From positions 1 through 10,667 of IMG/VR virus record IMGVR_UViG_2778261646_000002: 10,667 nucleotides of DNA. One strand, 5' to 3'. Under the pieces are notes generated by a model, which ran no database searches, had not been told where the DNA came from, and saw nothing but the letters and a program-made list of their open reading frames with translations. Of this stretch, positions 1 to 7,987 are shown one piece after another. The translations under genes were made by a program, and so were the position numbers. Each line of letters opens with the position of its first letter. Positions within the stretch are counted from its first letter, which is position 1. The stretch comes from a virus (Duplodnaviria; Heunggongvirae; Uroviricota; Caudoviricetes).

Positions 1-1
1 T

Positions 2-112
2 CTGAGACAACATCTGGCAAGGCTGGGACGGAAGTCACTGTCGTTCTCAAAATCGGTGGAGCTGCATGACAAGGTCATCGGGCATTATCTGAACATAAAA
101 CACTATCAGTAA
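2..112 (+). CDS. 3' end of an upstream ORF that runs off the window start (partial); identity not determined
   Basis: Frame 2 is open from position 2 to a TAA at 110-112 (translation ...[36 protein letters not shown]). No start is visible in the window. It could be the real end of the neighbouring gene or an out-of-frame remnant of the ybhJ 5' region. Confidence 0.3.
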
Positions 113-180
113 GTTGGAGTCATTACCCCTCTCACGATATTACCTTTGTTGGTATTGTACAGACCGCTAAAGCGTCCGGT

Positions 181-2205
181 ATGGAACGTTTCCCGCTGCC
201 GTATGTGCTGACCAACTGCCATAACTCACTCTGCGCCGTCGGCGGCACCATTAACGGTGATGACCATGTTTTTGGTTTATCGGCGGCCCAGCGTTATGGC
301 GGTATTTTTGTGCCACCGCATATTACGGTCATCCATCAATATATGCGTGAAATGATGGCAGGCGGCGGCAAAATGATCCTCGGGTCAGACAGCCATACCC
401 GTTACGGTGCGTTAGGGACAATGGCGGTTGGCGAGGGCGGCGGCGAGCTGGTAAAACAACTGCTTAATGACACCTGGGATATCGACTATCCGGGCGTGGT
501 TGCGGTGCATCTGACCGGAAAACCAGCTCTGTATGTGGGGCCACAGGATGTGGCGCTGGCTATCATCGGTGCCGTGTTCAAAAACGGTTACGTCAAAAAC
601 AAAGTGATGGAGTTCGTAGGTCCCGGTGTTGCAGCGCTCTCTACCGATTTCCGTAACAGCGTTGACGTGATGACCACTGAAACGACCTGTTTAAGTTCTG
701 TCTGGCAAACCGATGAAGAAGTCCATAACTGGCTGGCGCTGCACGGTCGCGGCCAGGATTACTGCCAACTTAACCCTCAACCAATGGCGTACTACGATGG
801 CTGCATCAGCGTTGATTTAAGCGCCATCAAACCAATGATTGCGCTGCCATTCCACCCGAGCAACGTGTATGAAATCGACACGCTGAACCAGAACCTGACC
901 GACATTCTGCGTGAGATTGAAATTGAGTCCGAACGTGTGGCGCACGGTAAAGCCAGACTCTCGCTGCTGGATAAAGTGGAAAATGGTCGCCTGAAAGTGC
1001 AGCAGGGGATTATCGCGGGCTGTTCTGGCGGTAACTATGAAAACGTCATCGCGGCGGCGAATGCGCTGCGCGGTCAATCCTGTGGCAATGACACCTTCTC
1101 GTTAGCGGTTTACCCGTCATCACAGCCCGTGTTTATGGATCTCGCCAAAAAAGGTGTGGTAGCAGATTTGATTGGCGCAGGCGCAATCATCAGAACCGCG
1201 TTCTGCGGCCCATGCTTTGGCGCGGGCGATACACCAATCAATAACGGTTTGAGTATTCGCCACACCACGCGTAACTTCCCGAACCGCGAAGGCTCTAAGC
1301 CAGCTAATGGTCAGATGTCAGCGGTGGCGTTGATGGACGCTCGTTCTATCGCTGCGACTGCGGCAAACGGTGGCTATTTAACCTCTGCCAGCGAACTCGA
1401 TTGCTGGGACAACGTGCCGGAGTACGCCTTCGATGTAACGCCGTATAAAAACCGTGTTTATCAGGGCTTTGTGAAAGGGGCGACCCAGCAACCGCTGATT
1501 TACGGACCGAACATTAAAGACTGGCCGGAATTGGGTGCGCTGACTGACAATATCGTCCTCAAAGTGTGCTCAAAGATCCTCGACGAAGTGACCACCACCG
1601 ACGAACTGATTCCTTCCGGTGAAACCTCTTCTTATCGTTCAAATCCGATTGGTCTGGCGGAGTTTACCCTGTCACGCCGCGATCCAGGTTATGTTGGTAG
1701 AAGTAAAGCGACTGCTGAGCTGGAAAATCAGCGTCTGGCGGGAAATGTCAGCGAGCTGACAGAGGTGTTTGCGCGCATTAAGCAGATTGCTGGTCAGGAG
1801 CATATTGATCCGCTGCAAACTGAAATTGGCAGCATGGTCTATGCGGTGAAACCAGGCGATGGTTCTGCGCGTGAGCAGGCGGCGAGCTGTCAGCGTGTGA
1901 TTGGCGGTCTGGCGAATATTGCCGAGGAGTACGCGACTAAACGCTACCGTTCTAACGTCATCAACTGGGGGATGTTACCGCTGCAGATGGCGGAAGCACC
2001 GAACTTTGACGTAGGTGATTACATTTACATCCCTGGCATTAAAGCAGCGCTGGATAATCCGGGTACGACGTTTAAAGGTTATGTGATCCATGAAGATGCG
2101 CCGGTAACAGAGATTACGCTCTATATGGAAAGTCTGACTGCTGAAGAGCGCGAGATTATCAAGGCGGGTAGTTTGATTAACTTCAATAAAAACCGTCAGA
2201 TGTAA
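181..2205 (+). CDS. ybhJ: Aconitase-family hydratase (YbhJ-like), 674 aa as called from ATG 181
   Basis: Long ORF with aconitase-family motifs: [17 protein letters not shown], and Cys-containing segments (IAGCSGG, CGPCFG) typical of the 4Fe-4S ligand region. It sits next to ybhC as in E. coli. The frame stays open upstream to a TGA at 67-69 and no clear Shine-Dalgarno precedes ATG 181, so the true N-terminus is uncertain. Confidence 0.88.
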   Translation: MERFPLPYVLTNCHNSLCAVGGTINGDDHVFGLSAAQRYGGIFVPPHITVIHQYMREMMAGGGKMILGSDSHTRYGALGTMAVGEGGGELVKQLLNDTWDIDYPGVVAVHLTGKPALYVGPQDVALAIIGAVFKNGYVKNKVMEFVGPGVAALSTDFRNSVDVMTTETTCLSSVWQTDEEVHNWLALHGRGQDYCQLNPQPMAYYDGCISVDLSAIKPMIALPFHPSNVYEIDTLNQNLTDILREIEIESERVAHGKARLSLLDKVENGRLKVQQGIIAGCSGGNYENVIAAANALRGQSCGNDTFSLAVYPSSQPVFMDLAKKGVVADLIGAGAIIRTAFCGPCFGAGDTPINNGLSIRHTTRNFPNREGSKPANGQMSAVALMDARSIAATAANGGYLTSASELDCWDNVPEYAFDVTPYKNRVYQGFVKGATQQPLIYGPNIKDWPELGALTDNIVLKVCSKILDEVTTTDELIPSGETSSYRSNPIGLAEFTLSRRDPGYVGRSKATAELENQRLAGNVSELTEVFARIKQIAGQEHIDPLQTEIGSMVYAVKPGDGSAREQAASCQRVIGGLANIAEEYATKRYRSNVINWGMLPLQMAEAPNFDVGDYIYIPGIKAALDNPGTTFKGYVIHEDAPVTEITLYMESLTAEEREIIKAGSLINFNKNRQM

Positions 2206-2231
2206 AAAAAGGCGCTATGAAATATAGCGCC
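2204..2231 (-). terminator. Candidate intrinsic terminator for the ybhC transcript (hairpin plus U-tract on the minus strand)
   Basis: Stem GGCGCTAT (2211-2218) pairs with ATAGCGCC (2224-2231) around a 5-nt loop. An A7 run at 2204-2210 gives a U-tract on the minus strand immediately after the hairpin, downstream of the ybhC stop. Confidence 0.4.
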
Positions 2232-2243
2232 CAGTTTCATTAA

Positions 2244-2277
2244 CCCGATGGTTCAGACTATCGGGTTTTCTTTTTTT
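2244..2277 (+). terminator. Candidate rho-independent terminator for ybhJ
   Basis: Stem CCCGAT (2244-2249) pairs with ATCGGG (2260-2265), with further partial pairing inside, followed by TTTTCTTTTTTT (2266-2277). The T-tract overlaps the ybhC stop codon. Confidence 0.6.
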
Positions 2278-3559
2278 ACTTCTTCGCCTCTGCAACCACT
2301 TTGCTACCCACGCCGCGGTTATTGTATTCCCACATGCGGTTGTAGTTAGTGTCATTCAGATTGCGCTGTACTTCGTCGTTATCATCAACGTTGCCAGTAT
2401 TACCCGCAAACGGACGATTGGAAATCACCGCATCGGCCCACGGTTTCGCCGTGTTAAAACCTTCGTTGATGGCGCTATCACGGATCACTACCTGACCGTT
2501 GGTATTGGCATCAACATCCAGCGAGCGGCCCAGTTGCGCCACGCCATCACCGGAAGCATTGAAACGGCTGTTTACGGCGAGGAAACCGTAATAGATGTTA
2601 GACAGCGTAGCCGGTGCAAACACATACGCTTCTTGCTGAGTACGTGAGTTCACCACGCGGAATTCGGTATTATCGAACACCACTGCGCCGCGACCAGAAA
2701 CGATATCCACATCCCCTTCAATATAGCTGTTGGTCACCAGCGTACGCGGCTGACGGTTGGTTTCCAGACGGTTCTGCACACCACTGTTGGTGACAAAGAA
2801 GGTATTCTGACGACCGAGAATGTTGACGTTATTGATCTGCACTTTGTCGCCATCAGTACGCAGTGCCACCGCCGGATGGTTACCCGCATCTACGCTATCA
2901 CCCAGCGTGTTTTCGATGGTCAGGTTTTGCAGTTGCAGGCCATTGTTTTGTGACCAGAAGACCGCAGAGCAGAGAACACCGATACTGTCGCTGCGTTTAC
3001 TCTGGCAGCTATCGTACATATACCACGCCGGTTTACCTGGCATATATTTGCCGCGCGGGTTGACGTCGTGACGCCAGTCGGCAGGGCTCATGCCACCATC
3101 AAGGGAAAGCCCAATCTTCACATCAATCGGTTTTTCACCTGTACCGTACAGAGTAATTCCACCCGGAGCGGCAGGGACATACACCGTTCCCTGATACTCA
3201 CCAGGCATCACGGCAATATACTGGCGCTTGTTGGTACGCTTGATAATTGCCGCATCTACCGCCGCCTGAATCGTGGTATGCGTTACACCTTGAGTACCCG
3301 CCGGGCCGACAACAAAGTCAGGTTGCGCAGGCAAGGTAATTGGGGAAGGATTCCACGCTGCAGCACCTGGCGTCAGGGACGCAAAATAGTGTTGAGCATC
3401 GAAATTCTGCGCTTCTTTTGCCGACAGAATCGGGCGAGAAGAGGTACCAGGCGCGGTTTGATCAGAAGGACGTTGATCGGGCGGTGTTGAGCTACAGGCG
3501 GTCAGCGTCACGCCAAAAGCCAATGCCAGCGCCAGACGGGAAACTGAAAATGTGTTCAC
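2276..3559 (-). CDS. ybhC: Pectinesterase-family outer-membrane lipoprotein / putative acyl-CoA thioesterase YbhC, 427 aa
   Basis: 427-aa ORF with an N-terminal signal peptide and lipobox (LALALAFGVTLTAC). GGAG Shine-Dalgarno upstream of the ATG at 3559. The gene lies directly beside the lambda att core, as expected for ybhC at the att-lambda locus. Confidence 0.9.
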   Translation of the reverse strand: MNTFSVSRLALALAFGVTLTACSSTPPDQRPSDQTAPGTSSRPILSAKEAQNFDAQHYFASLTPGAAAWNPSPITLPAQPDFVVGPAGTQGVTHTTIQAAVDAAIIKRTNKRQYIAVMPGEYQGTVYVPAAPGGITLYGTGEKPIDVKIGLSLDGGMSPADWRHDVNPRGKYMPGKPAWYMYDSCQSKRSDSIGVLCSAVFWSQNNGLQLQNLTIENTLGDSVDAGNHPAVALRTDGDKVQINNVNILGRQNTFFVTNSGVQNRLETNRQPRTLVTNSYIEGDVDIVSGRGAVVFDNTEFRVVNSRTQQEAYVFAPATLSNIYYGFLAVNSRFNASGDGVAQLGRSLDVDANTNGQVVIRDSAINEGFNTAKPWADAVISNRPFAGNTGNVDDNDEVQRNLNDTNYNRMWEYNNRGVGSKVVAEAKK

Positions 3560-3605
3560 AGGTTGCTCCGGGCTATGAAATAGAAAAATGAATCCGTTGA
3601 AGCCT

Positions 3606-3620
3606 GCTTTTTTATACTAA
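3606..3620. other. Phage lambda att core (15-bp common overlap sequence) at the attL prophage-host junction
   Basis: Exact GCTTTTTTATACTAA. The left flank (CCGTTGAAGCCTGC) matches the bacterial B arm and the right flank (GTTGGCATTATAAAAAAGCATTGCTTATCAATTTG...) matches the lambda P' arm, recalled from the lambda attP sequence. Confidence 0.92.
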
Positions 3621-3700
3621 GTTGGCATTATAAAAAAGCATTGCTTATCAATTTGTTGCAACGAACAGGTCACTATCAGTCAAAATAAAATCATTATTTG
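3621..3700. promoter_or_regulatory. Lambda P' arm with IHF H' site and Int arm-type binding sites P'1-P'3
   Basis: IHF-consensus-like TATCAATTTGTTG at about 3645-3657. Three tandem arm-type-like elements follow: AGGTCACTAT, CAGTCAAAAT and AAATCATTAT at about 3667-3697, matching the lambda arm-site consensus (C/A)AGTCACTAT. Confidence 0.8.
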
Positions 3701-4764
3701 ATTTCAATTTTGTCCCACTCCCTGCCTCTGTCATCACGATACTGTGATGCCATGGTGTCCGACTTATGCCCGAGAAGATGTTGAGCAAACTTATCGCTTA
3801 TCTGCTTCTCATAGAGTCTTGCAGACAAACTGCGCAACTCGTGAAAGGTAGGCGGATCCCCTTCGAAGGAAAGACCTGATGCTTTTCGTGCGCGCATAAA
3901 ATACCTTGATACTGTGCCGGATGAAAGCGGTTCACGACGAGTAGATGCAATTATGGTTTCTCCGCCAAGAATCTCTTTGCATTTATCAAGTGTTTCCTTC
4001 ATTGATATCCCGAGAGCATCAACATGCAATGCTGTTGGGATGGCAATTTTTACGCCTGTTTTGCTTTGCTCGACATAAAGATATCCATCTACGATATCAG
4101 ACCACTTCATTTCGCATAAATCACCAACTCGCTGCCCGGTAACAACAGCCAGTTCCATTGCAAGTCTAAGCCAACATGGTGATGATTCTGCTGCTTGATA
4201 AATTTTCAGGTATTCGTCAGCCGTAAGTCTTGATCTCCTTACCTCTGATTTTGCTGCGCGAGTGGCAGCGACCGGGTTTGTTGTTATATGGCCTTCAGCT
4301 ATTGCCTCTCGGAATGCATCGCTCAGTGTTGATCTGATTAACTTGGCTGACGCCGCCTTGCCCTCGTCTATGTATCCATTGAGCATTGCTGCAATTTCTT
4401 TTGTGGTGATGTCTTCAAGTGGAGCATCAGTCAGACCCCTCCTTATTGCTTTAATTTTGCTCATGTAATTTATGAGTGTCTTCTGCTTGATTCCTCTGTT
4501 GGCGAGAATTTTTTCGTAGCGATCAAGCCATGAATGTAACGTAACAGAATTATCACTGTTGATTCTCGCTGTCAGAGGCTTGTGTTTGTGTCCTGAAAAT
4601 AACTCAATGTTGGCCTGTATAGCCTCAGTGATTGCTATCCTCCTGTCTCGGCCTAATCCAAACTCTTTACCCGTCCTTGGGTCCCTGTAGCAGTAATATC
4701 CATTGTTTCTTATATAAAGATTAGGGGGTAAATCCCGGCGCTCATGACTTCGCCTTCTTCCCAT
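3694..4764 (-). CDS. int: Lambda integrase (tyrosine site-specific recombinase), 356 aa
   Basis: Translation matches lambda Int as recalled, from MGRRRSHERRDLPPNLYIRNNGYYCYRDPRTGKEFGLG to RDDRGREWDKIEIK. Tyrosine-recombinase catalytic region present (HELRSLSARLY ... LLGHKSDTMASQY). The stop lies about 74 bp from the att core, as in lambda. Confidence 0.97.
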   Translation of the reverse strand: MGRRRSHERRDLPPNLYIRNNGYYCYRDPRTGKEFGLGRDRRIAITEAIQANIELFSGHKHKPLTARINSDNSVTLHSWLDRYEKILANRGIKQKTLINYMSKIKAIRRGLTDAPLEDITTKEIAAMLNGYIDEGKAASAKLIRSTLSDAFREAIAEGHITTNPVAATRAAKSEVRRSRLTADEYLKIYQAAESSPCWLRLAMELAVVTGQRVGDLCEMKWSDIVDGYLYVEQSKTGVKIAIPTALHVDALGISMKETLDKCKEILGGETIIASTRREPLSSGTVSRYFMRARKASGLSFEGDPPTFHELRSLSARLYEKQISDKFAQHLLGHKSDTMASQYRDDRGREWDKIEIK

Positions 4765-4960
4765 TTCTGATCCTCTTCAAAAGGCTACCTGTTACTGGTC
4801 GATTTAAGTCAACCTTTACCGCTGATTCGTGGAACAGATACTCTCTTCCATCCTTAACCGGAGGAGGGAATATCCTGCATTCGCGCACCCATCGACGAAC
4901 TGTTTCAAGGCTTCTTGGGCGTCGCTGGCGTGCGTTCCACTCCTGAAGTGTCAAGTACAT
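4742..4960 (-). CDS. xis: Lambda excisionase Xis, 72 aa
   Basis: Translation from the internal Met, MYLTLQEWNARQRRPRSLETVRRWVRECRIFPPPVKDGREYLFHESAVKVDLNRPVTGSLLKRIRNGKKAKS, matches lambda Xis. The 3' end overlaps the int start by 23 nt, as in lambda. The longer 102-aa ORF to 5050 is an upstream in-frame extension. Confidence 0.93.
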   Translation of the reverse strand: MYLTLQEWNARQRRPRSLETVRRWVRECRIFPPPVKDGREYLFHESAVKVDLNRPVTGSLLKRIRNGKKAKS

Positions 4961-4986
4961 CGCAAAGTCTCCGCAATTACACGCAA

Positions 4987-5008
4987 GAAAAAGCCGCATT
5001 GATGCGGC
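4987..5008 (-). terminator. Candidate intrinsic terminator on the minus strand just upstream of xis
   Basis: Stem GCCGCA (4993-4998), loop TTGA, stem TGCGGC (5003-5008). An A-run at 4988-4992 on the plus strand gives a U-tract after the hairpin on the minus strand. Confidence 0.4.
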
Positions 5009-5077
5009 GATGGTAGGTCTGGATATCATTGAGCAATGAACAGGCCTCATCGAGTGTGAGGCGGTGTTATTTCATGG

Positions 5078-5338
5078 TTAGTCCTTGCGTAGCTCGCTGA
5101 TTCTTCTGTAAGTCTCTGGTGCTTTGTTTCCGTGTATCTTCATTTCAAACTTCAACAGAGCAACGAGAGAATCCCATTCGTTGAGGATGCCTTTGAATGC
5201 CGGAACGCGCTTTGCAACCTTGTCGAATGAATCTCTGATTTCTGGAATCTGCTCAACAAGTGCAACGCATCGCCGGAAGTCTGCTGCGTCATGTGGAGCG
5301 CCGAAGTGATGACCATAGATATTTTTTTCAGTCCACAT
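5078..5338 (-). CDS. Hypothetical phage protein, 86 aa
   Basis: ORF with protein-like composition (MWTEKNIYGHHFGAPHDAADFRRCVALVEQIPEIRD...). No obvious Shine-Dalgarno before ATG 5338. An overlapping alternative ORF in another frame (start ATG 5421 with a GGAG Shine-Dalgarno, end 5152) competes for this region. Confidence 0.45.
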   Translation of the reverse strand: MWTEKNIYGHHFGAPHDAADFRRCVALVEQIPEIRDSFDKVAKRVPAFKGILNEWDSLVALLKFEMKIHGNKAPETYRRISELRKD

Positions 5339-5447
5339 GCGATTGAGGCAAGAGTTGCGCTACTGATGCCGACATCGCCAGTTGATTGCCATTTCAAAAC
5401 CTTCATAGCCAAATCTGACATTTCTTGTCTCCAATAAAAAACCGCCA

Positions 5448-5615
5448 TCAGGCGTCTTGGTGTTCTTTCAGTTCTTCAATTCGAATATTGGTTACGTCTG
5501 CATGCGCTATCTGCGCCCATATCATCCAGTGGTTATAGCAGTCGTTGATGTCCTCTGCTTCGATAACCCTGTCGAATGGCTCTCCATTCCATTCACCTGT
5601 GACTCGGAAGTGCAT
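5448..5615 (-). CDS. Hypothetical small phage protein, 55 aa
   Basis: ATG at 5615-5613 preceded by GGAG 8 nt upstream. Translation MHFRVTGEWNGEPFDRVIEAEDINDCYNHWMIWAQIAHADVTNIRIEELKEHQDA. Shorter than the 60-aa cutoff of the ORF track. Confidence 0.45.
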   Translation of the reverse strand: MHFRVTGEWNGEPFDRVIEAEDINDCYNHWMIWAQIAHADVTNIRIEELKEHQDA

Positions 5616-5626
5616 TTATCATCTCC

Positions 5627-5653
5627 ATAAAACAAAACTCGCCGTAGCGAGTT
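5627..5653 (-). terminator. Candidate intrinsic terminator on the minus strand between the DUF551 gene and the 55-aa ORF
   Basis: Stem AACTCGC (5636-5642), loop CGTA, stem GCGAGTT (5647-5653). On the minus strand it is followed by TTTTGTTTTAT. Confidence 0.45.
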
Positions 5654-5715
5654 CAGATAAAAGAAATCCCCGCGAGTGCGAGGATTGTTATTCACCTTTG
5701 ACGGCAAGTTGCAGG

Positions 5716-6243
5716 TTAGCCACGGTTAACCTCCTGCGGCGGTTCTGGCAGCGGCATCCAGTGGGTTACGTCATCCAAGATATTTCCTGATAAATATGTG
5801 AAAGCTCTATATTTTTTGTAATCAATTGGACTCATTACCCAGTTCCAATATGCTGCCACTATTTGACCTTGACTAAATGCCAGTAACATTTTGGTGTCGT
5901 CCGGCATTCGCTCACTACAGCTTATCCAACCATCCGGAGTTACCGGCACTGGCTGAGCGGTATAAAGCGGTGTTATATCTGCCCGAAAATTACATGCTTT
6001 ATGCAGCCGCACCCCCCGTTCGACTTCTGCTTTGTCAGGATACATACCAGTGAACGTGTTATATTCACGGTCAATTTGCGTGAAGGTTACCTTCCACGCC
6101 ACCGGCTCTGCCTCAAGCGATGCCAGAGCAATTCGTGCCAGTTCTTCCGCTTCTTCTGCTGGCAGTACAACGTTGCTACCAGGTCTGTATGTTTCGCGCC
6201 ACTGCTTGATTGTCAGCAGTCGCTCTTTGGTAATAGTGGTCAT
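5716..6243 (-). CDS. DUF551-domain prophage protein, 175 aa
   Basis: C-terminal region WISCSERMPDD...VAAYWNW...VTHWMPLPEPP fits the DUF551 pattern common in enterobacterial prophage early regions. The ATG overlaps the upstream stop (ATGA) and has an AAGGA Shine-Dalgarno. Confidence 0.8.
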   Translation of the reverse strand: MTTITKERLLTIKQWRETYRPGSNVVLPAEEAEELARIALASLEAEPVAWKVTFTQIDREYNTFTGMYPDKAEVERGVRLHKACNFRADITPLYTAQPVPVTPDGWISCSERMPDDTKMLLAFSQGQIVAAYWNWVMSPIDYKKYRAFTYLSGNILDDVTHWMPLPEPPQEVNRG

Positions 6244-6755
6244 GCCGCGTTTCCTTCTTTCTTATTAACAATTACACCGTCATATATTTCATTAAGGTGC
6301 CCTCTCAACTCCATGCGCCTTAATGCAGATAACATGTAATCGCATTCAACCTGCTTATTTCCAGTAAATGGCTTATCGTCAGGATTACCCCAACAGCAAT
6401 TACCCTTGGGCCATCCATGTACTTTCCGTACTCTTCCGTTAACAACGTGAAGTAATCCCCAGCCGGGAGGTAAATCCTCAACTGAAATAATTTCCGGCTC
6501 ACTAATAAAGAATCGCCAGTCGCCCATGCCAAGTGAGGGATTTTTACGGAAACGCTTTTTTCTATCTGCCAACAAGTCAGCACGAGAACACTTCGCCTCT
6601 ATCAGGCATGATGCTGAATTTCTGAATCCCATAGCATCTGGCTGTTCTCCGGTACTGGTTACAGCTATAAAGCGGTCATGAAAACAGACCTTGAACCCGT
6701 TGCGCTTAAGGAACTTGTGCGCAATCTGACAGAGTTCGCTGTGTGTTAACGCCAT
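6240..6755 (-). CDS. Hypothetical protein with a PD-(D/E)XK nuclease-like motif, 171 aa from MALTHSELCQ
   Basis: Preferred start is ATG 6755, with AAGGAG 6 nt upstream and 1 nt after the stop of the Ea22-like gene. Contains GEQPD ... LIEAKCS, a PD-x(n)-E-x-K arrangement, and a Cys-containing C-terminal half (GNCCWGNPDD, VECDY). Functional call is motif-based only. Confidence 0.65.
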   Translation of the reverse strand: MALTHSELCQIAHKFLKRNGFKVCFHDRFIAVTSTGEQPDAMGFRNSASCLIEAKCSRADLLADRKKRFRKNPSLGMGDWRFFISEPEIISVEDLPPGWGLLHVVNGRVRKVHGWPKGNCCWGNPDDKPFTGNKQVECDYMLSALRRMELRGHLNEIYDGVIVNKKEGNAA

Positions 6756-6756
6756 A

Positions 6757-7350
6757 TCACTCTCCTTTGATGCGAATGCCAGCGGCACGGGAATCATTCC
6801 ATCGCTTTACTTCTTCACGAATTACGTCAATGCATTCTTTCGAATCCATTAGGTAATCTTCATCAAAAAGACGTTCCTGTTCGTTTTCTATCGCAACAAT
6901 GATTGCTTCAACTAACTTTTGTACCTGAGAACCACTTTCTAACTCTGCTATGCGCTTACTCCCATCCGAGATAACGCCCTCGTAATACTCACGCTGCTCG
7001 TTGAGTTTTGATTTTGCCAACTCCAGTTGTTTTGTTAGTTCCGCAATACGGCAAACATCGTTGATACGCGTTTCCTCTAATGCGTTGATCTCATCCAACA
7101 ATGCCAGCGCAACATTTGGATTAAAAGCAGCAATAAATTCAGCGTTTGCATAAGCCTGAACATCTGTTTCAACCAGGCAGTTAACATGACATTCTGCAAT
7201 CACGCCACCGGGTTCTCCTTTCCATTTTTGGCAAACAAAAACTCCTGTTAAATTGCCGTGCTGGTTAACAGATGTATGCCCTACGATGTAGCTCCCTTTC
7301 GTTGCCTTTTCTGCCGCATCACGCAGTGCCTGATAATTAATTTCGCTCAC
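6757..7350 (-). CDS. Ead/Ea22-like phage protein, 197 aa (GTG start)
   Basis: N-terminus MSEINYQALRDAAEKATKG resembles the Ea22-like family of lambdoid prophages, with a coiled-coil-like central region. GTG start at 7350 with GGAGGA Shine-Dalgarno; GTGA overlap with the upstream stop. Confidence 0.7.
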   Translation of the reverse strand: MSEINYQALRDAAEKATKGSYIVGHTSVNQHGNLTGVFVCQKWKGEPGGVIAECHVNCLVETDVQAYANAEFIAAFNPNVALALLDEINALEETRINDVCRIAELTKQLELAKSKLNEQREYYEGVISDGSKRIAELESGSQVQKLVEAIIVAIENEQERLFDEDYLMDSKECIDVIREEVKRWNDSRAAGIRIKGE

Positions 7351-7571
7351 TCTTCATCCTCCAAGTCGGCAACGGCGTCCATCACATCAGAACCGCGAAT
7401 AACCTCAAAAGCACGGCAGGCCATTTGAAATACCAGTTGCTCTTGCGGGTGAGGAGACTCCCAATATTTGAAGCCTGGGCGATGCGTGTACCCCATCATT
7501 GAATAAAAATCACCAGCAAGCTTAATCGCGGCATCGACAAGCTCTCTGTTAGTCATTCTTTTTCCGCTCAC
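7347..7571 (-). CDS. Hypothetical small phage protein, 74 aa (GTG start)
   Basis: GTG at 7571 with AGGAGG 7 nt upstream, overlapping the upstream stop (GTGA). Acidic C-terminus (ADLEDEE). Confidence 0.6.
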   Translation of the reverse strand: MSGKRMTNRELVDAAIKLAGDFYSMMGYTHRPGFKYWESPHPQEQLVFQMACRAFEVIRGSDVMDAVADLEDEE

Positions 7572-7987
7572 TGGTTGCCTCCTTTGCGAAGCTGGGCGGC
7601 TAACTCATCACATATGTGCGTCAAAGAACAAAGTTTGATTGATGGATGTTCGCGCATCATCTCTACTCCCTGCGCCCGCACTTCAGACAGGAAAGCATCG
7701 GTGGCTGGCATATTTCCTGTTGCCTTCATTGCCTCCAAAATAACCAGAACGCCATCTCGCCCAACCACCTCAGCGATAACCTCGGTGTTGTCGCCAACAA
7801 CATCGCAGAATGCCTGAACTGCCTTACGAGCCAGCGCACTCTCCGCCGCCAGCGCCGCGCACTTGGCCTCCGCTTCAGCAAATTTACGCACCAGATATTC
7901 AGCGTTTGTTTCGTTAACCTTTAAATCGCTTGGGATGCATTTACCTTTCAGGAATCCATCCATCTCAATTAGTGACATTTGTTTCAT
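7568..7987 (-). CDS. Hypothetical phage protein, 139 aa
   Basis: ATG 7987 overlaps the upstream stop (ATGA) with a GGAG Shine-Dalgarno. Ala-rich, predicted helical ([26 protein letters not shown]). No family recognised. Confidence 0.65.
   Translation of the reverse strand: MKQMSLIEMDGFLKGKCIPSDLKVNETNAEYLVRKFAEAEAKCAALAAESALARKAVQAFCDVVGDNTEVIAEVVGRDGVLVILEAMKATGNMPATDAFLSEVRAQGVEMMREHPSIKLCSLTHICDELAAQLRKGGNQ

Noticed and set aside
817-1077. 86-aa minus-strand ORF inside ybhJ
   Set aside because: Antisense to, and entirely within, a well-supported conserved CDS. No Shine-Dalgarno and an atypical composition.
2820-3591. Several plus-strand ORFs (83, 66, 140 and 83 aa) inside ybhC
   Set aside because: Antisense to the ybhC CDS. 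Arg/Cys-rich, low-complexity translations typical of spurious antisense frames.
3945-4468. Plus-strand ORFs of 65 and 68 aa inside int
   Set aside because: Antisense within lambda int, which is confidently assigned. No independent support.
4961-5050. N-terminal extension of xis to a 102-aa ORF
   Set aside because: Lambda Xis starts at MYLTLQEW. The upstream in-frame codons run through the terminator-like hairpin and are unlikely to be translated.
5522-5790. ORFs 5522..5707 (-) and 5545..5790 (+)
   Set aside because: They overlap the better-supported 55-aa ORF, the hairpin and the DUF551 gene, in frames without Shine-Dalgarno sequences. Low-complexity products.
6001-6583. Plus-strand ORFs 6001..6339 and 6032..6268, and minus-strand ORF 6320..6583
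   Set aside because: They overlap the DUF551 and PD-(D/E)XK-like genes in alternative or antisense frames. Cys/Phe/Ser-rich junk-like translations.
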